Positions 10,816 to 23,061 of a stretch of 64,000 nucleotides of DNA are shown here, in pieces (positions within the stretch are counted from its first letter, which is position 1; each line of letters begins with the position of its first letter). The translations under genes and the position numbers were made by a program. Under the pieces are notes generated by a model that ran no database searches, was not told the origin of the DNA, and saw only the letters and a list, made by a program, of their open reading frames with translations. Source of the DNA: Felis catus (Eukaryota); contig NC_058368.1 in NCBI RefSeq assembly GCF_018350175.1, forward strand, positions 40,240,001 through 40,304,000, in the 5' to 3' direction.

Positions 10816-12994
10816 TTGGACCTCCAGCCATCAGCCCCTTGCAGCGGAGTGGGGCATCCAGAATTCCACTCCTGTGTTGAAGCAGCTATCCATTCTGATT
10901 AGGGATGCCTTTGTAATACCAGTTGCTACATACCTTAGAGGAGGACTAGGGAGGATTAGGATCACTATGCTTCTTGTGTAGAACCCATGGATATAGGAAG
11001 TCAGTGGGTTCCCTGATAAAATCAGTTTCATTGAAAAAGTAGAAAAGGAAATGTATGGTTACTAAGCCATCTACAGTATCTGCTGCAATACTTGGTAATA
11101 TAGAGGTCTTTATTATGTGTGATAGCACTAAGAATGGTCTTTTATGTGTGACCTTCCCCAAGGAATTCTTACATGCTTTATAAATCCTGAGTATTTTTTA
11201 CTTACAAGTTTAGCTAGCGGCAACAGTAGAAAGCTGCCCTGTTCCTTCCAAGTCACTGCTTATTATTCAATAACTGTTCTGGCCATTGTCCTCAATATAT
11301 AGATACATTTCCTTATCCATACACCCCTAAACCCCAACCCCTGACACAGATAAGACCAGTCTTAAGGTCCAGTTGTACTTTATTCAGAAGTTAAAGAATA
11401 CAAAATTGAATGCAATGCAGGGATTTTTAAGAAGAGAAACATAAAGTTAGATATGTCTCTTAGAATCCATCAGCTGCACAAGATTTTCTATTGACTTTTT
11501 TTTTCCCTTAGACTCTTGACTGCTTTTTAGTTATAGGAGTCAGTGTCTTTTTACCTGAATGAGACTTCTTAATCACCTCCTTCCTACTTAGAGTCCAGCC
11601 TCTCATCTTTCCTTTAAGGTGAGGGAGAAAAAAAAAAAAAGAACCTCCTATTCCTTGCATAATTCTATGAAACATACTTCAACATCATAACAATCTTCCT
11701 GGAAGGAGGACATTTTGCCCAGAGGAAAACAATTTGAGACATTAATATATGGAGCAATTTGGTATTATTTCAAATCCTTATTTTCATTAAATGAGTCTTA
11801 TTTCTCATTTATATCATCAAAGGCCCATTTAAGCTATTCCCATACTCCCACTTCTCCCAGAAGATGACCTTCCCCCCAGTGAACTTTGCCTATAACTAAT
11901 AAAACTTAGGAATTACATTTCTCTTAATTCTAGCCATCCATTATCAGATATTGGGGACAAGTCTCAGAAGACCCTCTGTAACAAGTTCCTTATAAAATGC
12001 ATCTAGAATTAGTCTTTTCAGTAGAATATAGTATATATTTAGCCTGAAAGATAGCTAAACTGAAGAAGCCTTAAAGCAATATTGAATATGATTGAATATA
12101 TAAACAGTTTTGCTTACCCTAGACACCAGAAAATGAATTGCAATAGATAGGAATATCTTTCTATTTCCAAAATCTTTTCAGAAATAGACTTGGAAGTGCC
12201 CCTCGCTCCCCCAACACATACATTCAGGACTGAATGAAAATAACAAGGGAGTTTGTTGAGAATGACTCTATAAACATGAACATGTGAATGCTGAGTACAT
12301 ACGTTTGAAATAGTAAAACTTTCTGATATCCTCTGATTTCTCTTGTTCCTCTTCCTTTCAATGGAACATAAGGTGTTCCATGGTCACTATTTAGGAAAGG
12401 ATATGTTAGCCTACAGCAATTTCTTATAACTTGATTTTTAAATGACTAGTTCTTGAGAAAGTAGGAAGAACCCAGGACATAAACAGTAGGCTTTTGGAGA
12501 GCTACAGGGAGAAGCAGAGAGAGTGCAGTGCTCTTTTACACTGGGGAAAATAATGCCCAAATTAAAGCTGGGAGGAGAGGGACATATAAGTGGTAGTGGT
12601 TAGATGGAAGCAATTTTCTTTGAAAAAGTCTTTGTTTTCCTGTCCCATAATTCAAGTCCAATAGAGATAAAAATATATTAGAAAGTTTATACAATCTAAT
12701 AGCAAGAAAGTATATTATTTTGCTTTTCAGGTAGATCTAGGGGAAGGAGGAGGAGCTGGGGAACCCTAGAAAAAATGGATGGCTATGTGAAGAACCTAAG
12801 TAGATGATCTTACGCAACCTCATAGAGTTTCATGGATAGAAGCATAAGAATGATTTCCTTTAGTGGGACTTTGAGCATTGAAATGAGGGATGATTCAGTG
12901 TCAGCCCATATGCACTGACAACTAAGAACATGACAAGATGATGAATGTATTGGTAAATACCATCATGGACAGATGATGATGAGAACCAGATGGC

Positions 12995-13450
12995 ACTCTT
13001 TCAGTAGCAAGTAACAAACAACCCAGCCGACAATGACTTAAACAATAAGGACATAACAAGAACCCAGGAGGTCTGATTAATTTAGCAGCAAAATGATGTC
13101 ATTAAGTCCCTGGGTTTTTCATATTCTTTTCAGTCAACCTCAGGTGTTGGCTTTAGTTCTGTCTTTTCCTCAAGGATCACTGGACAGCTATTGTAAACCT
13201 TGGCATCATATTTACTAAACTGCCTCCAAATAAATAAAATAAGGGCACTCTTCTTGACAATCTACTTTTATTTATAAGAGAGAAACTTGCTTAGGATACT
13301 TAATGCAGTCTTTCCATTTGTATTTTAGAGGACCTGGCTATACCTAGCTGAAATACAGGCAAAATTTTGTGAATTCTGTTGGCAAAAATATGAGCTGAAG
13401 GGGATTTGGGGGAAGAGGACAGAATATGTGTCTGGCAGGTAAAATGTCAG
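12995..13450. mobile_element. MLT1-like (MaLR) LTR remnant
   Basis: ACTCTTTCAGTAGCAAGTAACAAACAACCCAG...TGACTTAAACAATAAGG, typical of MLT1J/K-type sequence. Confidence 0.55.
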
Positions 13451-13895
13451 CTATATTCACCATTCTATACTTCTATACCATAACTATGGAGAACACAACA
13501 CCCATGACCCTAAGAAAAGGAGAGGGATTTGTTCATTGACTTTATTCTTCAATGTCGGCAGAATTATTTAAATACAAAAAGAAACAAGCCAAAAAGTTAC
13601 AATGAGTTGTGTGAAAATATGGTTATATATTTTACACAATTTAATGTAAAGAGACTCATAATAAATATAACTAAGAATGTAGAAATATGTGAAATTATGT
13701 ATATCATGTATATTTTTGAGAGGGACAAATGTATTAGGTTTGTTAGTTCCTATGGTTAAGTAAGAAAAATTGTTGGTAAGTGACCCAAGATTTTTTTTTT
13801 CTTTCCTGGACAATGGGATAACAGGGATTGAGACTGTTAGAGGTAGTGGGGCTCCACCAGCTGCCCCAGTGTCTTTCTCTGTAGTGTGGTTATAG

Positions 13896-14080
13896 TATGG
13901 TTGCCAGATAAAACACAGGTTGCTCAGTTAAATTTCAATTTCAGGAAAAACAACAAACACTATTTTAGTAAAAGTATGCCCCTAATATTGCACAATGCAT
14001 AATTAAATAATTGTTGTTAATCTGAAATTCACATTTAACTGGGCTTCCTTTGTTTTTATGTGCTAAATCTTGCAACCCTA
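13896..14080. mobile_element. MER53 non-autonomous hAT-type DNA transposon (palindromic MITE)
   Basis: TIRs TA(T)GGTTGCCAGAT...ATCTTGCAACCCTA; internal inverted arms CAGTTAAATTTCAATTTCAG / CTGAAATTCACATTTAACTG. Confidence 0.88.
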
Positions 14081-14859
14081 CCTTAACCAGAGCAGTTGGA
14101 ATATCTCAGAACACCCAAGTCTCCAAGGGCTCCTGGGTACCTGGATTTCCTAGAGATTACTTTCTATCAGCAGGCATTTTAAATTCAACAATTTGGCCTT
14201 CAGGTAGTTGCAATGCAGGTAGTAACTACACCACTTTCCACACGTGCCCTAAAAAAGGCAAAACTTTAGGGGTGAAGACTCCTTCCAAAGAACTATGTCC
14301 AGGAGAGCACCCTAGTGCTTACATGTGCTCTGTGAGATCATGGGAGAGGCAAGCATCTGTGCCTTTTCTTCCATTGCTAACCAAGCCTTATATGACTTTC
14401 CTTGCCTCCCTGATCCCAGTCCTCCAAGATTAGTGTCATCTCTTACTCTTATGAAACTATATTCCACTTTTGAGCTAAGAGACAGGTGAGATGTATGTCT
14501 GCTCTTTTCGCATAGACACAGGCTCATCCTTTATTTCTTCATAACACATACAAAAAGACTAATTCCCAGGGCAGTGCTTCACATATAGTAAACACTTAAT
14601 TTTTTACCGAGTGAATGAATCAATTAATTTTACTTTACGATTTGGCATAACTCAAAGGAAACAGTTTGTGAAAAATAAGGCTTGATATTTCTTGACTGCT
14701 TTTAGAAGTCATAGACTGAACAAACCCATATATAACTCTTATTACACACTTCTTTACAATGATTAAGAATAACTTTATGGAGCTGAAACCTGGCTGAGTC
14801 CACTTATATTCACTGATCAAAATTAACACCACCCTTGATGGAAAAAATGTAAACTGGGT

Positions 14860-15350
14860 GCAACCTAGTATGTTACAATAAGAGCACTATGTTATTTCTG
14901 TGATATTCCTGCCAAAATGCATGAAATGAATCTAGGATCTAGTCACGAGAAAATATCAAACTCGAGTTGAGGAACATTCTACTACTCTTGTAATCTTCAA
15001 AATTCTCAGGAACTATGCTGAACTAAATGACACTAATGAAAATCATAACTGAAAGCAATGCTTGATCTTGAATTGGCTCATTTCACTCTCGGGGCATTTG
15101 ATGGAATTTGAATCCAAGGGTTCGATAGTAGTACTATCTTAGTACTAACTTCTTGATCTTGATGGTTGTGCATTCGATGTATAGGAGAGTGTCCTGATCT
15201 GTTGAAGTAGAGTGCTAATTTTATTAATTGGTAATCAGCATGTCTGAAAGTTACTGCACAAATCATCATGAAGATATAAGATATGTCTGCAGTCTACCCT
15301 CAATAACAGTTTTTCTACTACTTTTGTAACTTTTCAACTGAAATTATTAA
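14860..15350 (+). mobile_element. Ancient L1M (L1MC/L1ME-like) 3' end
   Basis: TTTCTGTGATATTCCTGCCAAAATGCAT ... GTTGAGGAACATTCTA ... ACTTCTTGATCTTGATGGTTGT. Confidence 0.6.
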
Positions 15351-16613
15351 CAAAAAAAACAACAATAAAAAGTAGGAGTTTAACAGCCAACAGTCCAGGC
15401 CAGCAACCTGTTCTGCTGAAGGCCTTTTGGTCTCTGACATTATTTTCTAATGAAAGACCAGTGGTAGAACTATCTACAATAGGCCTGCCAGGGAGGTTGA
15501 GAAAGTAGAGCACTTTGGCAAAGAGCCAAAAATGGCATACATTTTGTGAATCCCATGAAGAAATTTCTTTTTTTTTTTTGCAGGGTAACTCAGGAACCAG
15601 ATTTGAGGGTGACTTCCTTCCCCTAGCCAGAGTTCGAAGGTCTCCTGAAAGACGTACTCACTGTGTCGAAAAAAGAGACCTAAAAATTACTAAAGCCTAT
15701 TGAACATATTATAAAAATAACATTTATGTGGTTTGTTATGCAAAGACAATGTAATGCAGCTGCTTCTGGGGAGGGGAATTGGCTGGTTAAGGACTAGGAA
15801 AGAGATTTTTACTGTGCATCCATGAATTGTGTACTATGTGCATGTTTCCTGTTCACAAAAATAAGAAGTTACCTAACAATGGTCATTTTTAATATATCTG
15901 TGCTGGGATAGGGGATCACTATCTCTTTGTGGTTGGTAGAGAGAATGGATTCTATGTATGGGAATATGTGGTGAGAAAAGAAACAAATGATCACATTTCT
16001 TCTCAGACAACTTTGGTTTTTTGAGGTCATGGATACTTAAATCCTTGGTATGCTCTCTTCAGTCCATTTTCTATAAGCCTTAGGACAGATCCCCAAATTC
16101 TGATACTCTGCTGTCTTTTAGTTTTAACTTTGTGTGTAGAGTGTTTTTTATTTTAGGAAGTAACTATTAGTATTTTGTTTTTTTATGTTAATTTTTTTAT
16201 ATAACTATGAGAATTTTAGAGAAATCCTGATTAACTGTACATCAAAGGCTTTTAGCCAAATACTATTATACATCAAAATTCATAGACAAACTATTTGAAT
16301 TGCAGACCAAATGGAATTAACCATAAGTTTTAGGGTTGGAGTGATAAAAATTTTTTAATGATTTTGCAAAGAACAACGTCAGAAATATAGAATGTAATTG
16401 TAGAATGTTAATGAACATAAGTAGATTGAACAATAGAGATGAAATAATTTACAGTGAAATTCTTTTAAATCATGTTCCAAATCCATTACAAAATTCTTAA
16501 ATACCTGAAAAACACTCTATGAATGAGTAGTAAATATTCTGTTATTGACTCAGATATGTAAAAATCACTTGACAACCCTCTGGTCTTTTTAATCACACTC
16601 AGATTCTCCTAAA

Positions 16614-16838
16614 ATTTTTTTTTAATGTTTATTTTTGAGAGAGAGAGTGCGAGAGAGAGAAAGAGAGAGCGAGCGCAAAAACTGGGGAGGGGCAGAGAGA
16701 GAGGGAGACCCAGAATCCAATGCAGGCTCCAGTCTCTGAGCTGTCAGCACACAGCCAACATGGTGCTCGAACCCGTGAACTGTGAGATCATGACCTGAGC
16801 CAAAGTCAGACGCTTAACCAACTGAACCACCCAGGTGT
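16614..16838 (-). mobile_element. CanSINE
   Basis: TTTAATGTTTATT tail, GA tract, head ending CCACCCAGGTG. Confidence 0.93.
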
Positions 16839-17994
16839 CGAGATTCCTTTAAATATAAGAAATATAGCAGTATGCTTCCTGTTATTCTAGGAATCAAGGT
16901 TCAAAGAATGTAGTCCCAGCACTGTCACTTAATTAACTGTATTAATGAGAGGGTATTAATAACAGGGCAGCCTAACTTACAGGGTGTAGTGAGCATAAAA
17001 ATAGATTTCACATATACTTTTGCAACTGTGTTTTGAAAATCATGTTCTATGAATATATATAATAAGAAATATAACACTGTGTGGAGGAATTTATGGAAAT
17101 TACAACAAATATCTGAAAAAAAATCAATTTTCAATTCTCAGAATATTTTCTAGTTTTATTAGCATGTACATATGCATGTATTGAGAATGTCTCACTTATT
17201 TTTTTAATTTAAATTTTCAATTCTGATAAATCATATAAAAAGTCTTAATGAATGTGACTGATTTTCTTTTTTATTGTGAAAATTGTTGATTAATTTATAA
17301 ATTGCTGCAAGTTTTGTTTTCACTGCATTTTGTGTCCTGGGGAAAAATACATAACATAAGATGCATCATCTTAACCATTTTTCAGCATACAATTTAGTAG
17401 TGCTATGTACATGGATATTATTGTGAAACTGATTTCCAGAACTTTTATCCTGCAAAACTGAAACTATCTGCCCTTTAAGCAACAGCTCCCATTCCCCCCA
17501 TCATCCAGCCCTTAGTAATCACCATTCGACTTTTTGTTTCTATGAATTTGATTACTTTAGTGATCTCACATAAGAGGAATCATGCATTATTTGTCTTTTT
17601 GTGACTTATTTCACTTAGCATAATGCCTTCAATATGCATGTAGGTTGAAGCATATGACAGGATTTCCTTTCTTTTAAGGCTAAATAATATTCCACTGTAT
17701 GTATATATCCCATTTTGTTTGTACATTTATTCATTGATGGGCATTTGGGTTGCTTGATTATTATGGATAGTTCCACTGTGAACATGAGTGTGTAAATATC
17801 GCTTTGAGACCCTGCTTTCAGTACGTACTCAGAAGTAGGATTACTGCATCATATGGTGCTTTTATTTTTATTGTTTTGAGGGAACACCATACTGTTTTCC
17901 ATAGTGGTTGTGCTATTTGCAGTTGTACCAACAGTATATAAGGATTCCACATTTTTTAGATTCTTGCCAACATTTGTTATTTTATTTATTTAAA

Positions 17995-18194
17995 CTTTTT
18001 TTTTTTTAATGTTGAGAGGGAGACAGAGTGTGAGTGGGGGAGGGGCAGAGAGAGAGGGAGACACAGAATCCAAAGCAGGCTCCAGGTCCAAGCTGTCAGT
18101 ACAGAGCCCGACACGGGGCTTGAACTCACCAAACGTGAGATCATGACCTGAGCCCAAGTTGGTTGCTTAACCGACTGAGCCATCCAGGTGCCCC
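17995..18194 (-). mobile_element. CanSINE
   Basis: Full body ending CCATCCAGGTGCCCC. Confidence 0.93.
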
Positions 18195-18401
18195 TATTTG
18201 TTTTTTTGATAATAGCCATTCTAATGGGTGTGAGGTGATACTGTATTGTAATTTTCATTTGCATTTGTCTGATGATTAGTGATGTTAAGCATCTTTTAAT
18301 ATGCTGTTGATCATTTGTGTATCTTCTTGGAGAAATGTCTAAATCCTTTGCCTGTTGTGTAATGAGCTATTTGTGTTTTCGTTGTTGAGCATTTAAAAAA
18401 A

Positions 18402-18595
18402 ATTTTTTTTAATGTTTTTTATTTATTTTTGAGAGAGAGACAGCATGAGCAGGGGACGGGCCGAGAGAGAGGGAGACACAAAATATGAATTAAGCTCCAG
18501 GCTCTGAGCTGTCAGCACAGAACCTGACGTGGAGCTCAAACTCATGAACCATGAGATCATGAACTGAGTGTAAGTTGGACGCTTAACTGAGTCAC
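18402..18595 (-). mobile_element. CanSINE, slightly 5'-truncated
   Basis: TSD TTGTTGAGC at 18382-18390 and 18596-18604. Confidence 0.9.
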
Positions 18596-19596
18596 TTGTT
18601 GAGCTTTAGGAATTCTTCATAGTATAGATATAAACCCTTTATCAGATGTATCATTTGCAAATATTTTCTTTCTTTCTATAGATGACTTTTTCACTCTGGT
18701 TTTTGTCCCCCCCCCCCCCCCCCAAGAAACAGAGGTTTTTAAGTTGTATGTAGTCCTAATCATAGGACTATTTTTGCTTTTGTTGCCTTTGCTTTGGGTG
18801 TCATATCCAAGAAATCATTTCAAATCTGATGTTAGGAAGTTTCCCCCTCTGATTTCTTCTAGAAATTTTGTAGTTTTAGGTGTTACATATAGGTCTTTAA
18901 TCCATTTTGAGTTAATTTTTGTATAGGCTGTACAGTAAGGATCCAACATCATTCTTTTACATGTGGCTATCCTGTTTTTCTAAGTAAGTTTGTTGAAGAT
19001 AATGTCTTTTCCCTGTTCAGTGGTCTTGACACCCTTGAAGATCATTTGATCATATATTAGAAGGTTTACATCTGTGCTCTCTGTTATACTCCATTGGTCT
19101 GTATACCTATATTTATGTCAGTACTACATTGTTTAAATTACTATACTTTGTAATTTGTTTTGAAATCAGGAGGTATGAAGGCTCCAGGTTTGTTTTTCTT
19201 TCTCAAAATTGTTTCAGTTCTTTGGGAATCCCATGAAATTCTACATGAATTTTAGGGTGATTTTTAAACAAAAATTGCCTCTGGGACTTTGGTAGGGATT
19301 GTGTTGAATGTTTAGATTGCTTTAAGGTATTGAAGAGTTAATAAAAGATCTTTCAATTCATGAACATGGGATATCTTTCCATTTATTTTTCTCTTTGATT
19401 TCTTCTAGCAATATTTTTTTGTACTTTTCAGTGTACAAGTAAGTCTTCTTTGGTTAGGTTTATAACTGTTTTATTTTTATCACGAATTGTTTTCTTAATT
19501 TCCATTTTGGTTATTTATTGTTAGTGTATAGAAATATAACTTATTGTTTTGTGTTGATTTTGTACACGATAACTTTACTGAATTTGTTTATTCTAG

Positions 19597-19598
<2 letters not shown>

Positions 19599-19628
<30 letters not shown>
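19599..19628. repeat. (GT)n microsatellite
   Basis: About 15 units. Confidence 0.95.
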
Positions 19629-19629
<1 letters not shown>

Positions 19630-21726
19630 TTTAGGGTTTTCTATATATAAAATGTTATCTGCAGAGATAATTTTAGTTTTTCCTTTCCACTTGGAAAGGC
19701 ATTTGGGTGCCTTTCATTTCTGGTTCTTGCTTAATTGTTCTGTATCTGATTAAACAATACTGCATTGAATATGTTGAGAGTGGGATGCTTGTCTTGTTCC
19801 TGACGTTAAAGGAAGTTTTCAGTCTTTTACCACTGAGTATGATGTTAACTATGGGCTTTTCATGTCTGACCTTTATTATGATGAAATAGTTTCCTTATAT
19901 TCCTTGTTTGTTGAGTGTTTTATTTTTTATCATGAAAGGGTGTTGAATGTTGTCAAATGCTTTTTCTGCATTCATTGAGATAATCATATGCTTTCATCCT
20001 TCATTCTACTAATGTATTATATTACATTGAATATTTATGTATATTCAGACATCCTCACATTTTAGATATAAATCCTTTTTGGTCATGGTGTATAATCCTT
20101 TTTTATATGCTGCTGAATTCAGTTTGCTAATATCTTGTTGAGGATTTTTACATCAATATTTATCAAGTGTATTGGTCTGTAAATTTTCTTGTGGTATCTT
20201 TGTCTGGTTTTGGTGTCAGAGTAGTGCTGGCATCATAGAATGAATGTAAAAGCATTTCATCCTCTTCAATTTTTGGAAGAGCTTGAAAATGGCGGGTGTT
20301 AATTTGTCTTCAAATGTTTGGTAGAATTCTCCAGTGAAACCATCTCTAGTACTGGGCTTCTTTGCTGTGAGGTTTTTGATTATTGATTCATTCTGCTATT
20401 TGGTTCTTACTCTGTTAAGATTTTCTATTTCTTCATGATTCCATTTTGGTTAGTTGTGTGTTTCTAGGAATTTATCCATTTCTTCTGGGTTGTCCAGTTT
20501 GTTTGCAGGCAGTTGTTCATAGTATTCTGTTTTAATCCTTTGTATTTCTGTTCAGTGGATCTGTTCTCTTTTATTTCTGAATTTAGTTATTTAAGTATCT
20601 TTGTTTTCCTTAATTTAGAGCTTGTCAGTTTTGTTGATCTTTTAAAAAATCCAACTTACAGTTTCATTAATGTTTTCCTATTCTATTTCCTGTTTTATTT
20701 ATCTCTGCTCTAATCTTTATTATTTGGGTTCTAATAGATTTGGGTTTAGTTGCCTTTTTTTTTCCTTTTTCTGATTTTTTTGCAGGCAAATTTAGTTGTT
20801 GGCTTGAGATCTTTTATTTTTATTAAATTTGCACATAGCTAGAAGCTTTCTTCTTGTGCTGCATGTAGTTCATAAGTTTTGGCATATTGTGTTTTTATTT
20901 TCATTTATTTCAAGGTACTTTCTACTTGTGACTTTTTAACCCATTTAAGAATGTGTTGTTATGTTTCCATATATTTGTGGGTTTTACTGTTTTCTTTCTG
21001 TTGATTTCTAGAATCCTTCCAGTGTGGTAACATGATAATTTGTTATCATGATTGATTCAATTGATCTGTATTGTTGAAGCCCTCTATTTCTTTTTCTCTA
21101 GTTGTTGTTTTCATTGTTGAAAGTGAGGTATTGAAGTCTCCTGCTATTCTGCTGCTTTTTATTTAATTATGCCAAAGTTTGCTTCTTATATTAAGGGCTC
21201 TGATATTTGGTATATAAATACTTACAATTGTTATATTTTCTTTTGAATTGACACTTTAATGATGATGTAATTTTCTATCTCTTGTAAGGTTTGACTTAGA
21301 ATCTAGGTTGTCTGATACTCATATGGTGACTCCTGCCCTCTTTGGTTTACCATTTGTATGGAATATCTTTTTTCCATCATTTCACTTTCAGCCTTTTATG
21401 TGTTTTTCTATCTAAAGTGAGTTTCTTATAGATGGCATGTAGTTGGGTTTTTTTTAAATCCATTTAGCCAATGTATATGTTTTGACTGGAGAGTTTAATC
21501 CATTTACATTTAACCTATGTAATGATAGAAGACTTACTATTGCCAATTGGTTAATTGGTTTCTATATGTTTTGTAGCTTCTTTGTCGTACATTTTCTCTT
21601 ACTGCCTTTTTTTTTATAGTTTTTGTAGTGACATGCTTTGGTTCCATTTCATTTTCCTTTATTCAGTAGATACTTTTAGATACTTTCTTTGTGGTTACCA
21701 TTGAATTTGCATTATATATATATATA

Positions 21727-21934
21727 TTTTTTTTTTTTTCTTTTTTTACTATTTATTTTTGAGAGAGAGAGGCAGAGACAGAGCATGGGTGGAGGAGGGG
21801 TAGAGAGAGATGGAGAAACAGAATCTGAAGCAGGCTCCCGGCTCTGAGCTGTCAGCACAGAGCCCCATGCAGGGTTCAAACTCATGACCTGAGCCAAAAT
21901 CTGATGCTTAACCAACTGAGCCACCCAGGTGCCC
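21727..21934 (-). mobile_element. CanSINE
   Basis: Poly(T), GA tract, head GAGCCACCCAGGTGCCC. Confidence 0.93.
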
Positions 21935-23061
21935 TAACATAAAATATCTTAAAGTTACTGCATTGTATTTTAAGCTGTTAAGAGCTTAACTGCAGCCACC
22001 TATAAATCCCTACTCTTTTACAGTTTCATCCCTTACATTTTTTTTATTGATGTCACAGCTTTCATCTTTATATATTGTAAAATCATTAACACAAATTTTT
22101 ATTTTTTAGTGCTTTTGTAACTTAAATTATATTCAAAGTTAAAAGCAAACAATATTATAATAAATAGAGGTTACTAATTTTTGTCTTGTTTTTACCTTTA
22201 ATGGAGAAATTTATATTTTTAATGGCTTCATGCTTTTATCTATTGTTTTATCATTTCAACCTGAAGGACTTCTGTTAGCATTTGTTGTAAAATAGGTATG
22301 ATGGTAATGAACTTTTTTAGTTTTTGTTTATCGGGGATTTTAATTTTTCCTTTCTGCGTATAGTATTTTCTTTGATAGTTTTTTTTTTCCCCTCTCTATT
22401 TTGAATATATCACCCTTCCTTTTGGCCTGAAAGGTTTCTATTGAGAAATCTACCAATAACTTATAAAAGTTCTATTATATATGATAAGTTGCTTTTCTCT
22501 TGCTACCTTCAAGATTCTTTGTCTTTGACTTTTGGCAGATTGGTCATAATGAGTTTTATGTAGATATCTTTGAGTTAAGTCTAGTTGGATTACATTAAGC
22601 ATCTTGAATTTTTACATTCACTCCTTTCCACGTTTGAGAACCTTTTAAGCATTACTTTTTTTTCTTTTTTTTCAATATATGAAATTTATTGTCAAAATGG
22701 TTTCCATACAACACCCAGTGCTCATCCCAAAAGGTGCCCTCCTCAGTACCCATCACCCACCCTCCCCTCCCTCCCACCCCCCATCAACCCTCAGTTTGTT
22801 CTTAGTTTTTTTTTTCTATTTTTTTCTATTTTTTTTATTATATATGAAATTTATTGACAAATTGGTTTCCATACAACACCCAGTGCTCATCCCAAAAGGT
22901 GCCCTCCTCAATACCCAACACCCACCCTCTCCTCCCTCCCACCCCCCATCAACCCTCAGTTTGTTCTCAGTTTTTAACAGTCTCTTATGCTTTGGCTCTC
23001 TCCCACTCTAACCTCTTTTTTTTTTTTCCTTCCCCTCCCCCATGGGTTCCTGCTAAGTTTC

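Larger units (their letters stand above)
17340..22654 (-). mobile_element. Older long L1M element (3'UTR through ORF2 to ORF1 region), decayed; resumes briefly after 28990
   Basis: Continuous decayed antisense L1 (e.g. AATAGCCATTCTAATGGGTGTGAGGTGATA, TCCATTTTGAGTTAATTTTTG, TTTGGTAGAATTCTCCAGTGAAACCATCT); hosts three SINEs and the young L1. Confidence 0.88.
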
